In this document: positions 1-7,952 of the stretch, piece by piece
Layout of the letters: each line of letters begins with the position of its first letter
Numbering within the stretch: the first letter of the stretch is position 1
From: Roseibacillus sp.
GTDB lineage: Bacteria > Verrucomicrobiota > Verrucomicrobiia > Verrucomicrobiales > Akkermansiaceae
Direction: 5' to 3'
DNA: 64,000 nt
NCBI GenBank assembly: GCA_051251855.1
Contig: JBPOGI010000002.1
Span: forward strand, 352,001-416,000
Notes under the pieces: model-generated
Databases searched by the model: none
The model's input: the letters and a program-made list of their open reading frames with translations, nothing else
Told to the model about the DNA's origin: nothing
Translations under genes and position numbers: made by a program

Positions 1-87
1 TTTGACCACCGAGTAGTCGATGGCGGGGGAGCAGGAGTGCTTCTCTCACGCGTGGTGGAGTTGCTGCAGAGCCCAGAGGAACTTTAG
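1..87 (+). CDS. 3' end of 2-oxoacid dehydrogenase E2 (dihydrolipoamide acyltransferase), partial
   Basis: Frame 1 reads FDHRVVDGGGAGVLLSRVVELLQSPEEL*; DHRxxDG is the E2 catalytic motif. Not in the ORF track because it is cut by the window edge. Confidence 0.85.
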   Translation, partial: FDHRVVDGGGAGVLLSRVVELLQSPEEL

Positions 88-93
88 GGGAAT

Positions 94-180
94 TGAGAGG
101 CGGCTTTTATGGCCGCCTTATCTGCTTTGCTCGACTGATTTGCTCGACCGTTGGTGGGCGGCAGTAAAGGTCGCCCCTCC
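94..180. repeat. REP-like inverted doublet (GGAG + GC-rich hairpin) with a 10-bp direct repeat in the spacer
   Basis: 94-118 matches the reverse complement of 156-180 at 18/25; each arm is itself a hairpin; TTTGCTCGAC occurs at 126-135 and 139-148; lies between convergent genes. Confidence 0.5.
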
Positions 181-185
181 GGTAT

Positions 186-241
186 AAAAAGAAACCGCTC
201 GCTTGGCTCCCGAGTCAGTCGGGCCAAGCGAACGGTTCTTT
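186..241 (-). terminator. Probable intrinsic terminator of the 263-1456 gene
   Basis: Long imperfect stem AACCGCTCGCTTGGC...GCCAAGCGAACGGTT next to an A-run (U-tract on the minus strand). Confidence 0.6.
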
Positions 242-262
242 CATGGGTTTGCCGAGGGATTC

Positions 263-1456
263 TTAGAAGTTCTTTTTCGCAAGCCACTGATGCACGGCGT
301 CTTTGCCGCCGAGACCGAAGGCGATGCCTCCGCCGAGACCAAGGGCCAAGGCAAGTCCAGTGAGGGCTGCTTGATACGGTGCGCCGGTTACGTCAGGAGC
401 GATTCCAGAACGGTTGAGGGCGGCGATGCTGGAAACAACGATGATGGCAATCTTGGCTACCTTCGCAAGAAGAGGGCTGCGACCGCTGAGAGCATTGTAG
501 GCATAACGAGCAGCAAGGAGACCTACTCCAATGATGAGGAGGGCGAGAAGGACATTGAAGTATCCCGGGACAATCTTACCAGCAATGCCGGCGAGCATTT
601 CGATTTTGAGGGACTCAAGCGCGGCGGCGCCCATGATGACGACGATGCTGACGAAGGTGAGCATTCCGGCCATCGCCGAGACTGAGCGCGAGCCTTCAGT
701 GGGAATATTGAGGCCAATACGCTCAGGGTAGGAGTCTGCACCAATGCCTGAGAGAAGATTGGTGATGAGGTCGCGCACTAGGGAAGCGACGAAGATACCA
801 ATTCCTAGGACGACCACGGCAACGAGGATGTTGGGGATGGCGGCGAAGACGCTGTCGACGATGCTCTGGACTGGTGCCGAGATGGCTTCAATCTTGAGGA
901 TGTTGAGAGCGGCGGTGATTCCCATCAAAAGGATGAGGGCGAAAGCTGCCGTGGAAAGGCCTTTGGCAACAGGGGCGTTACCGCTGGCAAAGCCGAGGCG
1001 CTCGTCGATTCTAGCCGCTTCCAAGACATTGCTGAGAATGGTCTTGATGACATTGGCGAGGAAGAAGAAGAGGTAACCCACGATTCCTGCTCCAACGAGG
1101 TTGGGAATGTAGCCCATGAACTTTCCGAAGAGGTCATTAAGGGGCTGGGTGACTTGGCTCAGTCCTGCAAAGTCGAGCGCGAAGATGATCACGAATAGTA
1201 GAAGAACGTAGCGCACGAGGAGTCCAATCAGGCCAGAGACGGAAGTCCCGCCATCGCCCACATATTTGGAGAGCTTGGTATCGAGTCCTGAGGTGACTTT
1301 GGTGACGGTTTTCCCTAGAGTTTTGGCGACGATGTTTCCGATGATGAAAATCACCAAGGCTCCGACATATTTGCCGAGGGGGCCGATGGCGTCGAACCAG
1401 GATTTAATAGTGCCAGCAATGTCCGGTGCGCCGGCTGCGAGGTAGGTTGTAATCAT
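263..1456 (-). CDS. Multi-pass membrane protein with repeated conserved TM helices (CmpX / mechanosensitive-channel-associated type)
   Basis: Repeated YIPNLVGA / AIPNILVA helices and C-terminal GGGIAFGLGGKD signature; about 10 hydrophobic segments. Confidence 0.75.
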   Translation of the reverse strand: MITTYLAAGAPDIAGTIKSWFDAIGPLGKYVGALVIFIIGNIVAKTLGKTVTKVTSGLDTKLSKYVGDGGTSVSGLIGLLVRYVLLLFVIIFALDFAGLSQVTQPLNDLFGKFMGYIPNLVGAGIVGYLFFFLANVIKTILSNVLEAARIDERLGFASGNAPVAKGLSTAAFALILLMGITAALNILKIEAISAPVQSIVDSVFAAIPNILVAVVVLGIGIFVASLVRDLITNLLSGIGADSYPERIGLNIPTEGSRSVSAMAGMLTFVSIVVIMGAAALESLKIEMLAGIAGKIVPGYFNVLLALLIIGVGLLAARYAYNALSGRSPLLAKVAKIAIIVVSSIAALNRSGIAPDVTGAPYQAALTGLALALGLGGGIAFGLGGKDAVHQWLAKKNF

Positions 1457-1516
1457 TTTTATATATTGGGGGTTGTTCTTCCGTGCCCGAAAGAGGCGAT
1501 CGGAGGAGAGGGGTTG

Positions 1517-2749
1517 TTATTGCTTTGGAGGGGTCGCTGGGATTTGCCAGATTTCGACAACTCTATTTTCGGCAGCTGGTCCAAAGCGGGCGGTTTGACC
1601 AATGTAAATGGCTTGCACGCGGCTATTACCGACTTTTTTCCCAAGTTGTTCTGCCACGAACTTGGCTCTTTTGGATGAGAGGCGACGATTGCCACTGGCG
1701 CTTCCTGAGCGGTCCGCAAAGCCGACGATGAGGAATTGACTATCGGTTTTGGAAGCCTTCGCGAGTTCCTCAATTTTAGCTACTTCGGTGGCATTTGCTT
1801 GGGAGCTGCCACTGACAAAACGCACGCGGCCAGAACTCTTGGTTCCGAGTTTTGTCTCGAGTTCCTGATAGCGAGTTGCGAGTGCGTCACCTGATAGAGC
1901 ATCCATATCGCGAATGGCATTGACGAGAACACGGCGGCTTTGATCGAGGTCGTCGTCGGACTGAGCGAAAGCGGGTGCCTGAGGGGGCTGACCTTCTTGA
2001 GGGGAAGGGGTTGGTGAGGGCTGTGCTTCTTGAGGAGTTTCGGAAGTATTGGGTCCTGACAGTGCGGCCAGTTTTTCTGCCAGAAGTCTGTTTTCCTTTT
2101 GAAGAGCGAGAAGCTTTTGTTGTTGCTGATCGCGTGCGAACTTGAGGGTGGCGGCATATTCGTTCTTTGTTTCGGCAAATTTTGAAATTCTCTCTCTTCG
2201 TTCTTTCTTGAGGGCATTGGTTTCTGCGGCAAGCTCTTCGATTTGTTGGAGGAAGTCTTCGTTCTGTTTTTGTGCGTTTTCTTGTTTTTGCGCGGCTATG
2301 AGAGCTTCTTGCTGAGAGTCACGAGGCGAGGGAGTGGACTCAGTGCTCTGGGGAGTAGCAGGGCCTGCTGCGGAGCTCGCGAGGGAGTTGAGAACTTCTG
2401 CCTCGGTAAGTCTACTCGATGACCATTCGAGGGGGCGTGTGCGAGACACTTGGCCAGAATTTGGGGGAGGAGAGCTGGCGTAGTCTGTGTTTTGGGCTAC
2501 GACTTGAGAGGAAGCTTTGGTGACAGGTTGTTGCCTTAAGGGGTCTTCTGTAGTGCTATTTTCTGTCGGGGCAGTTTTGGTATTTGAATGGTCCTCTACT
2601 TGAGAGGAAGAACGCATTGAAGAAAGAGAAAACGCGGTTGCGCCAGGCTTGCATGAGAGGGGGGCAAAGAGGAGGAAGAGAATGCCAATGAGGCATGCGA
2701 GTGCGACGACGATCCTTTCTTCGGAGCTGATGGTTATGGGGGAGGACAT
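1517..2749 (-). CDS. OmpA/MotB-like peptidoglycan-binding domain protein with N-terminal anchor and coiled coil
   Basis: C-terminal GFADRSG...NRRLSSKRA...NRVVEI motif; N-terminal TM segment; Q/E/K-rich coiled coil; start moved to ATG 2749 (MSSPITIS). Confidence 0.8.
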   Translation of the reverse strand: MSSPITISSEERIVVALACLIGILFLLFAPLSCKPGATAFSLSSMRSSSQVEDHSNTKTAPTENSTTEDPLRQQPVTKASSQVVAQNTDYASSPPPNSGQVSRTRPLEWSSSRLTEAEVLNSLASSAAGPATPQSTESTPSPRDSQQEALIAAQKQENAQKQNEDFLQQIEELAAETNALKKERRERISKFAETKNEYAATLKFARDQQQQKLLALQKENRLLAEKLAALSGPNTSETPQEAQPSPTPSPQEGQPPQAPAFAQSDDDLDQSRRVLVNAIRDMDALSGDALATRYQELETKLGTKSSGRVRFVSGSSQANATEVAKIEELAKASKTDSQFLIVGFADRSGSASGNRRLSSKRAKFVAEQLGKKVGNSRVQAIYIGQTARFGPAAENRVVEIWQIPATPPKQ

Positions 2750-2969
2750 GGCGAGGGAGGGGGTGACAAAGGTGAGCGCTCTATGTAAGTCGCCGAAAAT
2801 GACCCTTTGTTGTCCTATTAGATGAGCGAAGCCTTCAAATGGCCACATGCATGGCACAGTTGGATAGTCAGATGAGATTAAGCTCTTCCTCCTATGTCCC
2901 AAAAATACCTCCCGAAGCGAAGGTCGCTAGAGGAAGACGATTATTTTGAAAGCGCTCAGGTAAAGGGAA

Positions 2970-4658
2970 TTAGCGTTGAAAGCGCGGGTCGCTGAGAGTC
3001 TTTAGAAAGGCGACGAGGGCCGCTTGTTCTTCTTTATCAAGATCGAGTCCATTTCCTGGGTGCTTGGCGATGTTCGGGTCGAGGGTGGGGGAACGGTGAA
3101 TTTGCGAAGAATAGAATTGGACGACTTCCTCGAGGGTGTCGAAGCGACCGTCGTGCATGTAGGGAGAAGTGATGGCGATGTTGCGAAGGGAGGGGGTAGA
3201 AAACTTGAATCGGTCGTTCCTTTTTCCAGTGGTATGTTCTCGGCCGAGGTCTTCGTTGGCCGGTGGGAGGCCGTTGTTGTGAAAGCGGTGGTTGGTGAAG
3301 AAGGCGCCTGAGTGACAGTGAAAGCAGTCCGCACCGCGCAGGCCGAGGCGGGGATCATTCTCGGTCATGAAGAGCTCAAAGCCACGCTTTTCCTGCTCAG
3401 TGAGTTCGGCCTTGCCTTTGGCGGCGCGGTCGAATTTGGAGTCGAAAGACGTAAGGGAGAGGAGAAACTGTTCGATGGCGATGGCAAGACGCTCGGAAGT
3501 GATCTCGCGGTCTCCAAAGGCGCTTTCGAAGAGGCGGGGGTAGTAGGAAATCTTTTCTAGCTTCTGGATCACGTTGGGAAGCTCTTCGCCCATTTCAAGA
3601 GGGTCTTCGATGGGTTTGAGGATTTGGTCGCGCAGAGAGGGGCTGCGTCCATCCCAGAAGAAGGGGGTGGTCTTCCAAGCGAGGTTGAGCAAGGGCATGG
3701 AATGTCGCTTCGTTTTTTCTCCAAGGAAGCCGAAGGACTTGGCGGTGTTGTCTACGAATGCGTTTTGAGAAGGATGGCAGGAGGCGCAGGAGGTGGCGGT
3801 GTTTTTAGAGAGGGCGGTTTCGAAGAAGAGTTCGCGACCGAGGCGGACACGTTCTTTGGTGAGGGGGTAGTCGGTAGGCAGTTTGGGGTGAGGAAAGTTG
3901 CGCGGCATGGTGAAGGGGTAGGGAGTGCCTACTTGGTCGGCTGTTGCGACTTGGGTGTTGGGTGCTTTTTTTTCGGTGGCTATGGGGGTGAGGGTGAAGG
4001 CCTGCTGGAGGGTCTTCTTGAAGTGAGGAACGAGTGGGTCTTCGGGACGGGAGTGGGTTGAGGTGCGGTCAGCGATTCGAAACGGCGCAGGGAACAATCG
4101 TTCGAGATGAAGAGTGAGCTGATAGAACCCGTTGGGGTCGAAGGGGCCTTCGAAGTTGAGGGCGAGTCGGTTCTCGTTGTTTCCGTAATGATAGGCAAAG
4201 GCGAGTTCGTCATTGGGGAGTTGGCCTTCGATGGCGAAGAAGATGTAGCCGCTTTGCGGTGACCAGTGGAGATTGTTGTGGAGTGGGTTGAGGGCGTGAC
4301 CTGATGGATATTGGTTGGAGTCGGCGTTGTTGATTTCGGGTGAGGGCCCAAGATGAAGGGTGAATTCTTTGATGCTGTCCTCTGCGAGATGAGGAAGGCG
4401 CATGACTTCGGGCTTTTTGCCATGAATATAGGCGTGCCATTGGGAAGCGGTGATGCTGCGGCCGGACTGGAGCGTGAGATGGGGTTGGTTGAGCAGCAAG
4501 TCGAGTCGGGTGATGTCAATCTTCTCTCCGCTGGGGGTGATGAGTCCGGAGGTGGGGATCGATAGGGGCTTGTCGTGCCAGCGAAAGTCGACTTGTAAAT
4601 TGAGAGCCGAGAGAGCAGAGCTCAGTAAGAAATATGCGGCTAGGATGCGGAAAATCAC
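2970..4658 (-). CDS. MbnP-MbnH fusion: MbnP-like domain plus di-heme cytochrome c peroxidase/MauG-family domain
   Basis: Signal peptide from GTG 4658; N-half has LHWSPQSGYIFFAIEG (MbnP-like); C-half has LGRELFF, CASCH, FFWDGR, CFHCH, TPSLRN, PYMHDG, VVQFY. Confidence 0.8.
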   Translation of the reverse strand: MIFRILAAYFLLSSALSALNLQVDFRWHDKPLSIPTSGLITPSGEKIDITRLDLLLNQPHLTLQSGRSITASQWHAYIHGKKPEVMRLPHLAEDSIKEFTLHLGPSPEINNADSNQYPSGHALNPLHNNLHWSPQSGYIFFAIEGQLPNDELAFAYHYGNNENRLALNFEGPFDPNGFYQLTLHLERLFPAPFRIADRTSTHSRPEDPLVPHFKKTLQQAFTLTPIATEKKAPNTQVATADQVGTPYPFTMPRNFPHPKLPTDYPLTKERVRLGRELFFETALSKNTATSCASCHPSQNAFVDNTAKSFGFLGEKTKRHSMPLLNLAWKTTPFFWDGRSPSLRDQILKPIEDPLEMGEELPNVIQKLEKISYYPRLFESAFGDREITSERLAIAIEQFLLSLTSFDSKFDRAAKGKAELTEQEKRGFELFMTENDPRLGLRGADCFHCHSGAFFTNHRFHNNGLPPANEDLGREHTTGKRNDRFKFSTPSLRNIAITSPYMHDGRFDTLEEVVQFYSSQIHRSPTLDPNIAKHPGNGLDLDKEEQAALVAFLKTLSDPRFQR

Positions 4659-4720
4659 GGCCCGCTTTTTGTAGCAGGTGAGTTTGCTACGGCCAAGAGG
4701 GAATGGGCTGATGGAATCTA

Positions 4721-4759
4721 TAAAAAAAAGCGGGGACGACCGTTTGGCCATCCCCGCTA
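4721..4759 (-). terminator. Intrinsic terminator after the 4782-7751 gene
   Basis: Minus strand reads AGCGGGGATGGCC-AAAC-GGTCGTCCCCGCT followed by a T-run. Confidence 0.75.
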
Positions 4760-4781
4760 AAGTATTTTGAGATCAGAATGG

Positions 4782-7751
4782 TTAGTTTAAGGGAACTTCG
4801 ACGACTCGGAAGAATGTTTTCGTGTTCGAGCTGAAGTCAAAGGGGAAGGTGAAGGCCACTTCGTCAGGGATTGAGAAATCGAGCGGATCTGCGGTCACTG
4901 TGGTCACTCCGGAGGTGAAGTCGAGGTCGTCGGTATACTCGATGTCGTAGTCCGTAAAGGTGTCGACCCAGCGGAGGGTGATCATGTTGTTGGTAGTATC
5001 GAAGTTACAGTCGATGATTTCCAATTGAGCAGGGACTTCTGCGATAGGAGCGCGTGCGATCACGCGGACGTTGTCGATGAAGCGGTAAGAGTCACGAGTC
5101 TCGTTGTTGTTGAAGCGGAAGCTGAAGGTGTTTCCAATCCAAGGACTCCCGCGGACGATGGGGGGAGTCGTGAAGGTGACGCGGGTGTAGGTTGCGTCGT
5201 TGATTCCTGGATTCTGGTTTGCCGAGATGATTCGACTCGGGTTGACTTGTCCATTAATGGCATCGCTTACGAGCGCTCCGTTTTCATTTCTACAGTCCGC
5301 GATGACTCCAATGCCGCCCAGGGTCAAGCCGTCTCCGATGACATCGACTTGGAACTCGATGACGTGTCCTTCTTGGAGAACCCAATCGTCGAGAGTGAAG
5401 ATCTGAGTGGGCTGCAAGCGGTCAATAGCGGGATCGACTTGGACGAAGCCCGAGGCACGGCTGTGCTGGGTTCCAGTGGCAGGGTTGGTGTCAAAGAGAG
5501 CGGGAATATCAAAGCCTTCGGTGGGTCCAATGTTCGTCCACTCGGGAACGAAGAAGATGTCGTCGCCAACCATCACGGTACCGTCATCATCTTCGAAGCC
5601 GCCATTACGGATAGAGGCGTCGTGGATTCCGTTGCCTGCAATTTCGTCATCGAAATCAACAAGAATCCTCTGGCCTCCAGCAACGGTGAGAGCTTCGGCC
5701 TGGACCTCAATGACGTTGCCGAAGACATCATTGCTGGTGAGAGTAAGAGTGTCTGTGAAGGTGCTGTCGGCTACGATTCCTGCAGCATTTGCTTTGACGA
5801 CAAACTCTTGAGTTGAGCCAACCGGGATAGAGACTGGTAGGGCAGGGCTTTCGAGAATGAAGTTGGTGTTGGTGGTGAAGTCGGCGGCAGTGACTTCGAG
5901 GTCCGCACCAATTCCGATATTTCTGATGGAGAAGGCTCCTAGAGCACAGTCTTCCGGCGCCACCGTGATAGGTGAGAGGTTGGTTACCTGCTCGGCGATG
6001 GCCACGGGGAGGGTTTCGGTCAAGGCTGCTTGGAACTTATCGACCCAAAAGGAGGCCGGAATGGCTAAGCCTGTTGGGTTGGTTAGCGAGTCCGCTGCGA
6101 AGTCGTTAGTGGTCACTGCAACAGTAGCAATTTTGAAGAATTCAGGGGAGGAAGCGGTGGTGTTGTAGAAGGCGGTAAGAGGTCCGGAAGAAGCTGTTCC
6201 AGTAATGCCGGGGCCGGATAAGGTGATGGTGTAGCTGGCGGAGGTTGATTCGAAATCTCGGGCCGCGAGATTGAGCTCGTAGACGTTGAGGGTCTCAGGA
6301 GGTTCGACACCTGAATAGGTTCCTGATGCATTCGTTGAAGCTAAGAGAGTGCCGAGCGCTGGAAGGTGTTGAAAGCTACCGGTGGTTCCATCTCCTTGGT
6401 AAACATACCAGCCAGGGGTGGCGCTATCCACATTTCCAGCAGGGAAGTAGAGGAGGCTAAGAAGGGCGTTGCCTTGATTGACAGGATTATTGACAAAGTT
6501 GGCTCCAGCGAAACGGCCCAGAACAAGTTGAAAGGAGCGGTCATTGTTGGCTGCATCGGCGGGGTCTCCGGTGTAGGCCTCAAAGTCAGGGATGGCAAAA
6601 GACACTTTGATGTCGAGGTCAGTGGCGCTATTACTGAGAGTCTGTCCAAGATTGCTAACAAAGTTGTTGACCGTGTCGTAGCCTTCGACAATCGCGCCGG
6701 TAGGTGAGGTGAGGCCGGCGGTCGCAAAGACCTCGCCTTCCCATCCGTTGATGCCGTCATCAAAGCAGGGGTTCTCTACCAAGGAAAAGGGGTCTCCGGT
6801 GGTGAGAATAGTGGCTGAAATGGGGACAGTGGTGTCTTCGCTATCGGGGCTGGTGTCGACGAGAAGAGCGCCGGGGAGGAGGGCTCCACCGCCGCCGCCG
6901 GTGGCGGTGATTTCGACATCAAAGGTGGTGCCTGCGGCGATGGTTGCGGGGAGGGTAGGTGCAGATGTGATGGTGTAGACGCCTCCGCCATCGTCGGTCA
7001 GAGTCAACGCGTCAACGGTGAGATCTCCACTCGCCCCGGCGTTGCGGAAGGTGACGGTGCGGGAGGCACTATCGGTGCCTTGGAGATGTATGAGTTGGCC
7101 AAAGGTGTAGTCGCCAGAATCGATTGCAAGCTCAGGTCCGGCCGATGCTGCGGTGACGATAAGTTCGAAATTATCGACGCGACCGAAGCCAGTGAGAGAG
7201 CTGTTTCCATCTTGGCTATCAACGGCGACAAAGAGACGTTTGCCTTCGGCCTCGGGGAAGAATACGGTTTGGTCGACACTTTCCCAGACATTGTTTCCCG
7301 TGGAAGTTCCCGAGAGCAGGATCTTCTCATCTACAATATTACCGAGAATGAGTCCGTCATCTGTAGTAAAGAGTCGAATGGCGATTTGGTCACTGGCATC
7401 GTCCCAGTTGAACGCGTCGCGCCAGACATACTTGACGTTAAAGGAGTCTCCCGCGACGACGTTGTATCCAGTATCTTGGCCGGCTGCTCTATTCGCCACT
7501 TCGTAGATGACGCAGCTGCGAGTGCCATCCACTTGGATGTTTGTGCGGGTGCAGTCAAAGGTCTGAGTGGCACTGTTTGCGTTTTCCCAGAAGTCGGTGC
7601 GGTCGAAGGGAATAACGTCAGTCGAAGTCTCTCCGGCTTGTTCGGCATTGAAGTCGCCGTTGCGAAGGGTTCCTCCGATAATGGTTGTTTGAGCGAAGGA
7701 TGTGTTCGCGAAGAGGGCGAAGATGGTTGGTATGATAACTCTCTTTTTCAT
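4782..7751 (-). CDS. Large acidic secreted modular protein (carbohydrate-binding-like domains alternating with Ig-like/choice-of-anchor-D domains)
   Basis: Signal peptide MKKRVIIP...SFA; RNGDF / ENPCF / RNGGF starts; two 'F/IRNxG..DLxV..LPxxIxxG' Ig-like repeats; C-terminal ...TFFRVVE domain. Confidence 0.6.
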   Translation of the reverse strand: MKKRVIIPTIFALFANTSFAQTTIIGGTLRNGDFNAEQAGETSTDVIPFDRTDFWENANSATQTFDCTRTNIQVDGTRSCVIYEVANRAAGQDTGYNVVAGDSFNVKYVWRDAFNWDDASDQIAIRLFTTDDGLILGNIVDEKILLSGTSTGNNVWESVDQTVFFPEAEGKRLFVAVDSQDGNSSLTGFGRVDNFELIVTAASAGPELAIDSGDYTFGQLIHLQGTDSASRTVTFRNAGASGDLTVDALTLTDDGGGVYTITSAPTLPATIAAGTTFDVEITATGGGGGALLPGALLVDTSPDSEDTTVPISATILTTGDPFSLVENPCFDDGINGWEGEVFATAGLTSPTGAIVEGYDTVNNFVSNLGQTLSNSATDLDIKVSFAIPDFEAYTGDPADAANNDRSFQLVLGRFAGANFVNNPVNQGNALLSLLYFPAGNVDSATPGWYVYQGDGTTGSFQHLPALGTLLASTNASGTYSGVEPPETLNVYELNLAARDFESTSASYTITLSGPGITGTASSGPLTAFYNTTASSPEFFKIATVAVTTNDFAADSLTNPTGLAIPASFWVDKFQAALTETLPVAIAEQVTNLSPITVAPEDCALGAFSIRNIGIGADLEVTAADFTTNTNFILESPALPVSIPVGSTQEFVVKANAAGIVADSTFTDTLTLTSNDVFGNVIEVQAEALTVAGGQRILVDFDDEIAGNGIHDASIRNGGFEDDDGTVMVGDDIFFVPEWTNIGPTEGFDIPALFDTNPATGTQHSRASGFVQVDPAIDRLQPTQIFTLDDWVLQEGHVIEFQVDVIGDGLTLGGIGVIADCRNENGALVSDAINGQVNPSRIISANQNPGINDATYTRVTFTTPPIVRGSPWIGNTFSFRFNNNETRDSYRFIDNVRVIARAPIAEVPAQLEIIDCNFDTTNNMITLRWVDTFTDYDIEYTDDLDFTSGVTTVTADPLDFSIPDEVAFTFPFDFSSNTKTFFRVVEVPLN

Positions 7752-7952
7752 GGGCTGATCACCCTGCAAGCTAGAGTGTTACTCGTTGGATGGAAGAAAA
7801 AACACCCGTACTTTTTTTCGGAAGGTTTGCATGTAAAGAAGGCGTGTATTTGTGCAAAAATACTGCCATTGAATTGTTTGGTAGTTTCCCGTTGGCTTCA
7901 AAATCGCAGAAATCGCAGTGGCTCACGAGAAGGCGGCATGGCAAATAGAGTC

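Noticed and set aside
2970..4658. Methanobactin biosynthetic cluster
   Set aside because: No mbnA/B/C or TonB-dependent receptor nearby; MbnPH pairs also occur outside Mbn operons.
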